This document shows positions 12,786 to 26,400 of a stretch of DNA of 64,000 nt, in pieces. The notes beneath the pieces are model-generated. The model was not told where the DNA came from, ran no database searches, and saw nothing but the letters and a program-made list of their open reading frames with translations. Location of the stretch: contig NMRA01000264.1 of the NCBI GenBank assembly GCA_002633005.1, forward strand, positions 315,565 through 379,564. The letters are read 5' to 3'. Each line of letters starts with the position of its first letter. Position 1 is the stretch's first letter. Origin of the DNA: Phoronis australis (taxonomy: Eukaryota > Animalia > Phoronida). Both the position numbers and the translations under genes were made by a program.

Positions 12786-14482
12786 TTCAACTGCGGAAGC
12801 CACTTGGCTAGACATCACCAAAAATTCTAAAATTAAACTAAAAAATTAAAAATTCAAGATGAATTCTGTTCATTTGGAAAAAAGGCATTTGCCGGGAAGT
12901 AAGTTTGGACTCGCGGCATGATTATGAAGTTTTTGAATAAAATGAAGTGGGCGTTTTAGAAAAAGTTGAAAACTTGATTCGTGTGCGAAAGTGGTACAAA
13001 AAAGCACAATTAAATATGAGCTGTTTTCTAGTAGGAGTTTAAACATAACGTGATTTGTGGTGGAAACCGGAACTTTACTGAAAAAGAGTTCTCTGGCTGT
13101 AAGAAAGCGAGGGGACGACCTCTCCCCGTGTTCGACGGCAATCCTCGTTTCAGATGTCTTTGAAGTGTACACTGTTTTCCCCAAATAAACGAATGCATTT
13201 TCGTTTACGGGGATTTGTCACTTCCCTGAAAACATATTAGCCCTGAAATTCCTAAAAAGAAAGGAGAAATTTGACAAGCATAGAATGGTTAAGTTGATAG
13301 CCGCCCTTATAGTTTCAGCGGGGTGAAACAAAGTAAATGAGATGTTCCAGTAAATGTCTTGAACCATCGACCCACACAGAGAGACAACACGTTTACTTGC
13401 CTAAGCCTTTGACCATAACTTTCAAAGTTGGCCAGAGACCTCATTCACACCAAGAAAAACGCAAATTGATTAGCACGTGTTCATCTGAAAATTTGTTCAC
13501 AAGAAACTGGTGTGCACTTTAAGTAAAATTCAGAGCTTGGTTTATGACTGACTGACACAAATACCTGCTCCAATGCCGGCGGATCTAGGGTATTCCTATA
13601 TTCTAAGGTTGCAACTAAAAAGGGAAAATGTCCGCGTAGTGCCTGAAGCTTTAAAAATAGCATGCCCGGCCGACAGCGTTTATTGTTGCCTTGGGAATGT
13701 GGCACATGGTCCTCGCTACATCCGTCTATATAAGTCCAATGTCGGATTAACGACAACATCATAGCAGAATTCAAGAAGCATATGCTACGTATCCGCACTT
13801 TCTGGGCCCCGCATTCACAAAAGTTCAGGAGCACCAATACTATTAACTTGTACATATGAACGCACTCACCTCAGGTGATGCGAACCCCGCGATTTGGAAA
13901 GTTTCTGTTGGGGCCCCGTCATTTTTGTGCTTTATTTTTTAACTATTCTTAAGTTTATGCTGGGTATGCTAAAATACAGAGCGGTATATCTGCAAAATTT
14001 AAATTTGCACAAAATGTACGTATTTGACAAAGGTAGCATCTTGATAATTGGCACAAGTGCCAGAGAAGCAATAGATTGTGTGCGAATTATCGTGAAATCG
14101 TGCAGTTCGATCGACAGCTAGCGTTTAAACCCGTTGGACCCATTGTCTTACCATGTAGAAGCCGTTCCAGTACTTCCCTTCTCAAAAGTGAAAATTGCGT
14201 CTATTTTGCTTTTGCTTTGAGATAATTGTTGTGTGAGTATTTGAGTAGGGCCCCGCGATTCGGCTTATGCTAAAGGCCTCGCCCTTGGTAATCTGTAGCT
14301 GTCTGAGTCCTGAAAACATATAACGCATGGACAGAATTTGTCGAATAATAGGAAAGATTTTTACTTTTCTCTTTGCCCGTTCGATTATTTACAAGAATTC
14401 TAAATGTGAACCGACGAGAACGGATTTTTACAAATCGAAACGGAGCAATTAAGCCCTCTCAATGCAATTAGTATTTTAATAC

Positions 14483-14698
14483 CATGCGCGCACCCAGGAG
14501 GGCCCGGGTTACCCGAATGAGCCCCCCATTTGGCGAAGTGGACCTGCGAGAAACAAAAAGTCCGAGAAAATGTGTCCACTAAACAACAAGCGCCCGTTTT
14601 TTTTTGTTCTTTTTTTAGTCCGCCGGCTATTTTGTTACCAATAGGTCCATAACGTTAGGAATTCGAGCCCCCCATACTGAAGGCTGGGTGCAAGCATG
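14483..14698. mobile_element. MITE with 5-bp TSD (hAT5-like); same family as 26559-26803
   Basis: CATGCGCGCACCCAG...CTGGGTGCAAGCATG flanked by AATAC on both sides. Confidence 0.65.
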
Positions 14699-14959
14699 AA
14701 TACTAAAAAAAGAACTTTTTTAGGATAAATGAAATGCATGTGTGTCTACATGCACGGTGCTTAGCAGTCATTGTTTCTGTGCAAATTTAGAAAACTACAC
14801 ACTCAATTCAACAGACAAATCCCGCCTCCCAGAGGTGCCAACTACTCATTGCCGACTATGGGTTTTCACATGGATTTTCCGAATGAGGACACACTGGAGA
14901 CTCTTGAGATTTTCAACAGCATTATCGTGGCAGACGTCAGGCCGATGACTGGTTTATTC

Positions 14960-15204
14960 GGACCCTGCCTGCTATATGTCTCGTCACGCACGGTTGCATA
15001 GAATACAATTTGGTTCTATAAGTTACCAGTGAAGCTGATTCCTGAACTGCAATTGAACTCGATTAGATAACGATAAAAGGGACCCTGCCTGCTATATGTC
15101 TCGTCACGCACGGTTGCATAGAATACAATTTGGTTCTATAAGTTACCAGTGAAGCTGATTCCTGAACTGCAATTGAACTCGATTAGATAACGATAAAAGG
15201 GACC
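14960..15204. repeat. Exact 120-bp tandem duplication
   Basis: 14961-15080 is identical to 15081-15200. Confidence 0.9.
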
Positions 15205-16187
15205 GTAGTGATAAATAAATGCGTGCATGACCTTTCTCAACTGCCGGATCGCCAGTGGTGCGCAAGCACATGACATGTGACTTCCTTAGGCTGCACTACA
15301 CGTTGAAATCGAACAAAATAAAGTGAAGATAGTTTTAGTGACTATTCATTGACGGATAGGCCTAATTATCCGCTGTCAAAATTTCGGACACTACGAATTG
15401 ATGTTTACGTAGACAACAATTTCGTTTTCAGAAATTGAACAATTCTGTTTCCAGATGCTCGGTTCAACGAGAAATTAATAGAATGGGTCTCAGAAATAAA
15501 AAAGAAGAGAATAATTTTAACATGTCTTAAAATTAGCTAATGTCTGTTGACTGACTTCAATTGCTCCTCAACACTGTGGTATTTTTTAACCTTAAACAGT
15601 CATCATGCAGATTAAAGGCTGTTGGCAAATTCATTCTTTGAATAAAATATAGAATTTGGGGATACATGGGGATTTAAAGTCAGCAGTACAATAAATGTGC
15701 TTGTAATCAAATGCTCAAGAACCTATTCTTGTTCATTGATAATCGTAATGATTACGCAAACCGTATCATGTTTGAACCACGATAAGAGGTACCTTTCTTT
15801 AGCAAAGCCCTGACTGCGTTCCGTAGACACAAGACACCGGCGAGAGGAAAGTTATAGTGATCACATGCTTTGCTCGCAAGGCCTAACGAGATCTCAGGGA
15901 TTTGCGTGATCTTGTATTTCCCCCCAGGTCCACGTCTACGATACGTATCCCCCGCCTGGTCCGCTGAGAGCACGAAACACGGGCACACCCGGGGGTGACC
16001 TTTCCTTTGGTTATCATGAAAACTAAACATTGAAATCATAACCCAGCGACGATAGCGACCGTGTCATTTGCACGTAGACATAGGGACAAGATTTCAAATG
16101 CTGCTACTCCACATTAGTTTACCAGTTTAAACAAAGTTTTAGTGGGCCTATACGGCATATGAACTTTGTCAGGCCGGATCGTCGACT

Positions 16188-18549
16188 ATGAGCGAGCCAC
16201 TCCACACAGGTGACGATGCCTACTGGCCACTTTGGGTGAACGTGACGGTGCCAATTATATGCGTAGTAGTCTTCTTCGCAACGTTGGCCATACTTACGTA
16301 CTTCAAATACAAAGTTCCTGTCGACAGTGCAACGCAAACCACGGAAAAGGTACAGTATTTATCCGAATAATCGCAAATTGAACGTAATTAATGAATTCTT
16401 TAATGAACCAATAAAATAATTCAGGATGACGTGTTATTTTTGGAAATTAATCGTCATTTAATTCTGAACCGTTCGACTGTAGCCTGATTGAATGTGTAAT
16501 GGGCATTGACGGCTATGTAGGACCTTATTATTGACAAATTGGCATTCCATTCAGTTACGTATCTACAAAACTGTACAATTCAACTCAGTTAAAGTATATG
16601 TTTTCCGTACAGAAGGAAGCCTGTAGAACTTGTTACTTTTTACCAATAATATTATTTCGTTGATTGGCACATTCACTCGGTGTCTAACAAAAACCGAAAT
16701 GTACATCGAGCAAAACAATAGTGTCAAAAATACGACTAAACTTTGTTAATGTTAAACGTTCAATACAAAATTTCATAAAACGCTGTTAAATTTCTTTAAA
16801 TTATCGATTCGTTTTCGTTCAATGCAACTTTTAACCTTTTCCATAAAAATAATAAGAGTCCTACCCTTCAGTTGACGGAAAAAGGTGATCGTTTTAAAAC
16901 AATCCCCAACATCGCTTTAGCGACAGTACTGACGTAAAGCATAATGTCTGGAAATTCCATTTTTCGCAAGTTAGCAACCAAATTTGTTGGGACTTACGTA
17001 ACCTTAAATGATGGGTTCACACTCAACTGCATCTTAAGTGAAACAATTTACACAACTGCCCCCGGCCGGGCCAATTTCTCACTAGGGCATGTAATTGCTA
17101 CAAAAATTAATTTCCAATGCTGAAACTTCGGTACTCACCTGAGTGAAATTTCAAGTCCCTCCTTACGTTAGGTTTACAGAGCTGCGCTACGTTCGCACAG
17201 TGAACTATGACCCCTTAGAGTTGCTGTACGAGCTCTCAAGCTCTGGTCATGTTTATTATTGTGAAATGTAAAGGCCATCACAAGTGCGCCGACCTGTGAA
17301 CTACGCCGGTTTGTGCTTACAACCGCCATGGCCGGCTGTCTCTGGTCATTCACTTTCCTAACTATGATAACCTCCCAGTCTCAAGGGGTCTCCCAATGTA
17401 CGGGATAGTGTACAAAAGTAGGCCTACCGTCGAAATCACTGAGTAGGGTTTCCTCGTCTTTTTCGAGGCACTCAGGTAAGGGAATCGATGCAGTGGCTTT
17501 TTTTGCAATATTTAGCATGGAGTCCACGAGTACAGTGGACGAGAAACAACAGCACAAACTAGATCGGTTTCACTATCAAACCTCCCAATCTCATGGATTC
17601 TCCCACGCCGGGTACGGGCGAGTGCACAACTACCGTACGTCGAAATCAGAAGATTTTTCTCATATTTTTCGAGGAACTCAGGTAAGTGTAACAATGCAGT
17701 AGCTTTTTTCAATGTGGTATGGACAAGGTAGAAGGGAAAATCCAGTGTTGCGCCGCTGACACAGAATTGTGTGNTTTACACATTTGCCAAAGCTCTAGGC
17801 AGCGGGCCCATGACCAGCCGTAGATTGGCCCCAGGACGTGGCCTCTATCATTCCTGCACCAATGAAGAAAATTCTAAGTTTGTATATGTTAGTTCAAGTT
17901 AATTGTGTCAGACTCATGACGTACGTGTATTAGTAATTATTAAACCAATTTTACCTAACCATGCACTACCGCGTAGGCCTACCCTGGCTTCACAATTTCT
18001 GACCCTCTGGTACCTCTGTGATGCACATTCATTACTTATATATTTATATATTATAGTTTTATTCGTACGTACTTTGTGTACTTTTTTGTCAATTCGCCAA
18101 CCACGTACGATTCCTTTGTAACGAACATGTGACGCATCGTGGGCGGGGCAAATGTCCCCTTTGCAAAATGTTGCTTTCGATCCTGGCGCCAGCGACCGAC
18201 AACAACACCTATATCTATGAATGTACGAATGTGCAAGGCTGTATGTATGATCTGTATAGCGTGTAATCTTTCACATAAATTATAGGACCTTTCTGGAAAA
18301 GACAATCCAAGCTTCATCCCGCCGGAGGATGAGGAAAAGACTGAAGAACCGACTGATGGAAATGCTAATGTGTGTGTCCTTGTCACCCGCGAAAGCCACA
18401 ACTCAAAGCAAAAAGATTGTAATGTGTACGTCGCTGCCAAATGTGAAAACCACGGCAACCCTGGACAAAAATGTAACGTGAGCGTCGCTGTCACTTGTGA
18501 AAACCACGAGAACCCTAAACAGGAATGTAATATGACCACAGAGCTCTAA
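16188..18549 (+). CDS. Uncharacterised small single-pass membrane protein (141 aa) with cytoplasmic NPxF motif, Cys/His repeats and C-terminal PDZ-binding TEL
   Basis: Exon 16188-16349 (ATG; hydrophobic VTVPIICVVVFFATLAILTYF followed by KYK; donor AAG|GTACAG) joins in phase 0 to exon 18286-18549 (TATAG|GAC...TAA), which is open for 87 codons. AATAAA at 18558-18563 lies just after the stop. No homologue recognised. Confidence 0.62.
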
Positions 18550-20481
18550 CTTAACCCAATAAAATGAAAATAGAACGACACCAAGATGAAACGAGGGAAA
18601 GACGTCATGTATACCTACATTTGTAAAGCCCTGTTTACCTAACTAAAACAAACCGACTCGGGCCTTTTACTCTCATAAGCTCTCTTTTAATATTAATTAC
18701 TGTAATAGGAGTCTATTTCCGTTACCAACAAGAATATGGAAACCATCAGCGATTGCCAAAAAAAAAACGTTTTAGTCTACGGGAATTGGCAAACTTGGCC
18801 ATAAAATTGCGCATTGAAAAACGACGTTTATAGCGGAAATGGAAGCGGCCTGTCACGGGAAGGAATATTACCACACCCATTTTATGAGAGTAGGCTACTA
18901 GAAGGAAGAATTGGATTTTCATTTTTAGTCAGCTAAACAGAGCGAAACGCTATTTTAAATTAGATACCAACGCATGTACCCAAACTCGAGTTACCCTTCA
19001 AACTAGGAATACAATTGTCATGCGATTTGCTATTCTTGTTCATTCGTTCCATGTGGATCATGATTTGCGATTTTAACCCCGCAGCCTGACAAAGTGCAAG
19101 CACATGTAGACAGCCTTGTAGAGGCAGCAATAGCTACAGTGTATGGTATGTAAACAACGCGTTGGAACGTTAGACAATTGACATTTTCACGACCGGTTGA
19201 TTGAAAAGTAACCACACGTCAGGAACTACGAAATAATAGTCTGTGACCTTATAAAAGGCATATTTAGGAATTGTGAATCAAAATAAGATTCAGTTACTGG
19301 ACAAAATGGTAATGACCAATAAACACATAGAGAATACAGGAACTTGAACATCTGAATGATTGAAATTTTTATCATCATTGTAAAAACGTTTGTTTCTATG
19401 CCAAAACCCAACTTAATAACAGCTATAAGCCAAAATCTGAGAACAGTGCGTCCTACATTTTTAACCTTCGAGATGAATATTCTGCCTTTGTTTTGAGGTG
19501 GGTTTTATTGGGCTACACAAAATGATAAAACAATAACACAGAATTTAATGATTTTTTTTGCATGAGAAATGTAAATGCTCAGAACAATTGCAAACAAAGC
19601 AGACGACATTTTCAAGTCATTAAAAAAAGAGACATTTCTTCTGCCAAAACAGAGTGCGGGTTTCCGCTTGGTTTCATGATAATTGATCTTGCACACCTTT
19701 CAAAATTCTTCACAGGTGAGCTTCTCCCTCTTTCAGTAGGTTGCAAGTGTTGTAAGTGTACCACTACTTTCAGCAAAGAAAACCAAAGGAGACAAGAAAA
19801 AGTAAGGTAAAAAATTGTCAGTTTAGGACACAGAACGGTGGACAGATGAAATTTTGATTTTGTCAAATTTCTCAACAAAAATTAACTTTTCAAGGAAATT
19901 TACTTACTTTTAGCATGGTCTGTATGGCGTAGCTATTAACAAACATTTGATGAAATTTTGTGCATTTGTAACAATGTAGTAAACCACTGAAAACTAGAAA
20001 TTTGTTAATTCTATCAGTTATTTTTGTCCCAAATTGAAGATTTTTTACCGCACATTACAGTATTATAGCTAAGGTTACTTTTCTGTATTTTATGAATTAT
20101 CATTTTAATATTTCTAAATTAACACTTTTTAAGATTTGAACATCCTATTCAAGGTCACAAGGACAATTTCCAAGAATGTTTGTGTAACTTAATATTATCT
20201 GTTTCAAATTAATATTTTTTCGCATCTGCATGAAAATAATGTTCATCAATTTTTGCTAATCAGCTGTGATTTTGCGAATTGGCATTTTACCAAGATAACT
20301 GAAAGACTCACTTTGGACAATACAGCTCTTATCATTCTAATTTTTCTTGATATTTCGTACTAGCTGATCAAACCAAAGTGTTTTTTTGGAAGCTAACACA
20401 AAAAGATGGCACTGAAAAAAGATCAAAAGTTTATTATGTTATCAGCTTGTGTTACAAATATATAATTACAGAATAAATACG

Positions 20482-23400
20482 TCAGAAGTCTAGTTTGTTT
20501 GTCCTTGAACCACTTGCACAAGACATCTCCCCAGATTTGGGTAAGACAGAGTCCTCTTGAGTTCGACTGACAGTTTCGGATAACTCTGGAGGAAGATGGA
20601 GTTTCTGAAGACGGAATACAATGAACATCATTACCTGACACAAGTAAAATGACAAACAGCTGTAGTAACTGATGCATAAAACAAAAGCCGAACTACGAGA
20701 ACACGAGAACCTCCACCAATGTAAAACAAAAAATCCTTTCTCACAAGGTGCTCGAGCTATGCCCTTAGACCCTGTTCTCTGAGACATCATGTATGAACAC
20801 AAAACATTGAAGCACAGAGGATCACTAAGTCAGTTACAGGGACAACTATATCATATAATCAAACGGTCTCATAGGATGCTAATAGATCGACTAAATAATG
20901 ACATAGATTTCAGATTGGTCCCTCATGGGGATATGGCAACAATGTGAACTGAAAATTACACTAGTAGAGAAATGGGCCAATGGGATGAACAGCAGTTCAG
21001 ACAACCATGATTAAAGTTAAAGTGACCACAAACCAACATTCTGTTTATGAATCAATTTTTTTTATCTAGACCACTTGCCAATACAAGTGGGTGTCAATTT
21101 GTTCCTTACTAACAGATGAAAAGTGATGTGCGGGTTTGCAAAAAAACTGAACATTCATTATTCCATACAATGGATACAACGACATGCTGTGACAAGCCAG
21201 TCTAGGTTTGGACCAATAATGAACAGGCGGTACTTTCAAAGCCATCAAATCATCTAAGTAACAACAATTTATGTCCAATTTCACAACAGTAAGTGATCTA
21301 AATCAAAATTTGGCTTTTGTGACGGATGACGGGTTTACAGACATTAGGACTAATCACCAATACCTCAATAGTGAATTTTTTCCTCCTCAGTTTAAATGCC
21401 AAATCCCATGATTCGGGCATGTGGCAAGTTAAACTGTTTAACCGTGGAAGTTTGCGCAGCTTGAACAAACCTGAAATTGAAAAATGGACCATTGTTTGAA
21501 AAAAAAAGATGACAGACCACATGGTAAGAGAAAAGATGTCTTTTTAAACAGCCCTGTGTGTCAAAAGTTTGTATTATCATACTATCTTGAGTGAGATGCT
21601 TCACAGCTCAGAGTCTCAGTTAAAATAAGCTGCTGGGATACGTGGCCCTGGCTCACCTTCTGGGAAACGTGCTCGTGTCTTCTCATAGGGGAACTGTTGT
21701 AGAAATACCGAATTTTAGGTTATCAATTTCGCAATTGTTACAAAAAATAAATACCAAGATAATACTTGTCTACGATTACCTTGTTGTTTACTGCATAGAT
21801 GTTATAAAACAACTCTGATGAAGTTTTAAATATTAGAATCAACGTAATGAGTCTTAGACAAATAGAACAAGAGTGACACAGAACACTGATATATTCCCAC
21901 CGTGTACATTGCAAAAGGTAAGGACATAAAGGGCGCTCACTTATTTTAACTTTGACAAGCAGTTTTGAACCTCAAAACACAAGAAATTTGCTGTTTAGCT
22001 TCATTAACATGATTTAAAAATATGATACAGCCAAGTAAAATGAACAAATGACGACGAAGACATTGAGCCTAGCTGATCTTACCGTGATAATCCTTGTAGA
22101 CTGGGTTAGTTTCTTTATCTGATCCTACAAATGACTCTAGGCCAACCACAGTGTCACACAAGGCTTCACACTTCTTCACAAAACTGACATCCTACAGAGG
22201 CAATGAAATCAAATAAAAGCAGTTATATGTATTGTTATGATAATTTTGCTCGATTTCCAGCCTTTTAATTATTTTTGTTTACATCAGTTCATGTCCAAAG
22301 CTTGCTGGTGAGCTAGTTTTAAACAATCACTCTGTTAAGTGCAGAAAAATGCAATGTAATATTGAATTCTAAATGTTAAATGTAACAAAACAGTCTTGAT
22401 TTAACTTTCTGTCACCCACAAGCATCTTTGCTTAAAGTGGAACTTGCACGCTGGTTCCTTATCTCTGTGATTACTCGATCAAATTAGTTAGAAACACAAC
22501 ACATAGCAATGTAAATATGAAGTAGGTTGAAAATTGCCAAATTTTTTAAGAACGAGTTTTGTGTCAAAAATGATCCACCGTAAATCACTCAACCGTGTCT
22601 AGTAAGTATTGTGACAGGATGTGGGCCATATGAGCCCCCGAGGTACGTCATTAGTGCAAAGGTCACCTATTTGCAGAACTTTTACATTTACTAGTTGTCA
22701 ATGAACTGCACTTTGTTTAGTGTAGATGATGTTCGAATAGCATTTTCGATTAGTCCCTGCTATACATTAGCATAGTTAGGAAGTTAGGAGCATGCAAATA
22801 CATCTTTAATATATGACAACATGGCTATTGTGACAGACATAGTTTACATGTAAAACATACGCACTCACATGGAAAAGATGTGAAGGTAATGTTATAATAC
22901 AAGTGGCATATGAAGATCGTAGCAAACATCGCAGTGCGTAGAGGAATTGTGGGAGAGAGTGATCGATGATATCTCTGACAGTCAGGCCCCCATGTTCACC
23001 CCATAGTGGAGAACCCAGAGATTGCACAGCTGCAAGACGGAAGGGAATCAAGTTACTCCACATGAATGATTCTCGAATCCCACTGGACACTTGTGAAGAC
23101 TGTATTGCAAATTGAACAGTTTTTCATAACTGAAATAGTCTTTGAATGTAGCCTTTCTACACAAATAATGCCTCCCAAAGAGGTATCAACTAACAAATAA
23201 CGCCTCCCAAAGAGGTATCAACACACAAATAACACCACCCAAAGAGGTATCAACACACAAATAACACCTCCCAAAGAGGTATCAACACACAAATAACACC
23301 TCCCAAAGAGGTATCAACACATAAATAACGCCTCCCAAAGAGGTATCAACACATAAATGTAGGCTAGAGAAAACTTGCAGTTAATTCAACCGAACCATAA

Positions 23401-26400
23401 GGAACAGATATCCTTTTTAGGCAGTAACAATCATTTTCAGACGAAAATCCAAAATATCTTCTCACTAAAAATTCTAGTTAGTGAGTATTTTCTAGTGATT
23501 ATATTTTATTCATGATTTTAAATGAAGTTAGACAAAATTAAGCAAGTTCTTGTCAACCTTCCTCAAACACTTTATTCAATACGCTTTTCTTTAACCAAGC
23601 AATGAATTTTCAGCACCAGTTATGCATCATCCTTACCTATTCTCAAAATATTTTTCTGTGGTACAGTCTGGTTTGTAGAAAAGCCCCTCTTCTCTACACA
23701 GTCCTGAATGGCNNNNNNNNNNNNNNNNNNNNNNNNNNNNNNNNNNNNNNNNNNNNNNNNNNNNNNNNNNNNNNNNNNNNNNNNNNNNNNCCACTGGACA
23801 CTTGTGAAGACTGTATTGCAAATTGAACAGTTTTTCATAACTGAAATAGTCTTTGAATGTAGCCTTTCTACACAAATAATGCCTCCCAAAGAGGTATCAA
23901 CTAATAAATAACGCCTCCCAAAGAGGTATCAACACACAAATAACACCTCCCAAAGAGGTATCAACACACAAATAACGCCTCCCAAAGAGGTATCAGCACA
24001 CAAATAATGCCTCCAAAAGAGGTATCAACACATAAATGTAGGCTAGAGAAAACTTGCAGTTAATTCAACCGAACCATAAGGAACAGATATCCTTTTTAGG
24101 CAGTAACAATCATTTTCAGACGAAAATCCAAAATATCTTCTCACTAAAAATTCTAGTTAATGAGTATTTTCTAGTGATTATATTGTATTCATGATTTTAA
24201 ATGAAGTTAGACAAATTAGGCAAGTTCTTGTCAACCTTCCTCAAACACTTTATTCAATACGCTTTTCTTTAACCAAGCAATGAATTTTCAGCGCCAGTTA
24301 TGCATCATCCTTACCTATTCTCAAAATATTTTTCTGTGGTACAGTCTGGTTTGTAGAAAAGCCCCTCTTCTCTACACAGTCCTGAATGGCACCAAAAAGG
24401 TGACTGTAAGCTTCGCTGTTTACACATCTACCTTGACATTCATCCGGAAGATAAAACAACTGCTTAGATACACAAGTGATGGCTTCGTCGTTCATTGTTT
24501 TGGTCAGATCGTAGTAGTTTCCAAAACGAGTGGAAACCGGCTGTGACTAAAAATAAAACCAGGCATGGCATTATAATGATTTAAAAAGTCCGACATTTAT
24601 AACAAATATTTCTTGCCAAAATATTTACAGTGCTGTGAGAGGTTTGCGTTCTTTTGCAGTAGGCGCTCCTTGAGAGACACTAGTGGAGAAATATCGTGGC
24701 TATGATGCAAAAGCAATTGTGAGTTCCTCCCACAATTCAACATTTTGGCTCATCGACAAATCGCATTAGTGGCAGTTACCTTGCAGGTGTAGGCAAGTAT
24801 GGCCACATTAAATTGAAGGATAACCAATGCTCCAATCAGCAATTTATTGCAACGGGCATTACTTACTCAAACTGTAGCTGCACAAATCTAGGTACTCAGA
24901 TGACATGGGACAATTATCACACAAATGCCTCAATACTTATGACAGCATTCTGTTCTCAATCAGATTAGATAATAAAAGAAGACCATTTCTTTATTAGCGC
25001 CACCTGGTGAATATCGATTCACTACAATTAGCACTTAAATGCTGACATGAAATAAATCAGAAGAAAGTTCATAGCATGCATACGCTACAAGGCATTCTCT
25101 AGTACAACTTAGCAATGAGTGTAGTGACACACCTGCAGCTGTGGCAGATTCTGATACCTCCAGGCAATCTTCATGGACTCGTCTTGGCCAGCAACAGTGT
25201 CACCCCCTCCAGGTTCATTGTTGATGACAGCAGGCAGTTCCTGGCAGAAATAAGCGCAATCACTTCACATACATTTTAACCTAATGCATGCTGTGGTATT
25301 CTCGTTAAACACTGACAAGGGCTATGTAGAGGCAGAAGGGATCAGTTTACGAAAACATACCTGCAGTTCAATTGACTTATAGAGCCTCAAATCTATGAGC
25401 CAGTTTGTAGGACCTATGAGTCACCTTTATTAGTTCCAGTTTTGTGGGTGTCATCTTTCACAAACATGTGCGATTTTAAAAGTTATTCGAGTATGTCACG
25501 CAAAACAGGTTACCTAGATTGCTGTTGTGTTAGCCAGATTTATATTGTAATGCAGATTTGACCAGTAGCAAGACAAACTGAGATACTGATGTGATTGCCA
25601 ACACAATTTTAATGTAACAGTTAGCCTGAGTTCAGCTATCACAGGGGGTTTATTTGATCTAAATTTTAATGACCCAATGGCATGAGTGAGCTCCCAAAAA
25701 TATCCTTGGGCAGAGAAGTTTTACTGCAACTAGAAGAGAATAAGAATTAAGCTCCATATTCACTACATGGTGTAAAGTTCATTGCGTGGGGTCCTTATCC
25801 CACAAAGTCTGACTTCGTGGCAGCTTGGGATTTTTAACAAGTCACCACGCAAAATCTCGGGTTGAATTTGCAATCTGCAGTTTGCCAAATCAAGCCCTGG
25901 TATACCCCGACTTCCTTCTAGTAGACGTACTTGGACATATGTAAATTTGAGCTAAAAATTCTTCAAACTAATGTAAAAGTGACCCACCTTTAAAATTGAC
26001 TCTGGCTCTGAATCAGCTGATGCGAGAAACAACTCATGACCACTGGTGACACCCTCAGCCACAAAATACTTCAGCAAAAGTTTTCCATAGCTACCATATG
26101 TGTCTTCCTCTACCAATAAAGTGGTGCCGACTGCTATACCACCACCTACACAAATACAAGAGACAACTATTGTAGTATCCTGGTATGATTCATATGGGAC
26201 TAAGTGCAGACCACAGAAAGTGATGACATATTCTTGGAATGATTAGTGCATCTGACTTCATGTTTTCTGAGAATATTCTTGTTTATTGGTAATATCCAAT
26301 ACCTTATTTAGTAATGACTATAGCTTGATGAATCCTCTATATAACTATATAAGTGTTATTGTTTGCAGTTTAGTTAGTTCCAATAAAGTATTTGACACAG

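Noticed and set aside
14960-15204. Exact 120-bp duplication as a functional element
   Set aside because: Zero divergence and no motif; a very recent duplication or an assembly artefact cannot be told apart here.
18051-18539. 162 aa minus-strand ORF
   Set aside because: Antisense shadow of the plus-strand exon 18286-18549, which has the splice, stop and polyA support.
23636-23712. Second copy of ELP4 exon 4 as a mutually exclusive exon
   Set aside because: It is an identical fragment abutting a gap inside the haplotype duplicate, so most likely an artefact.
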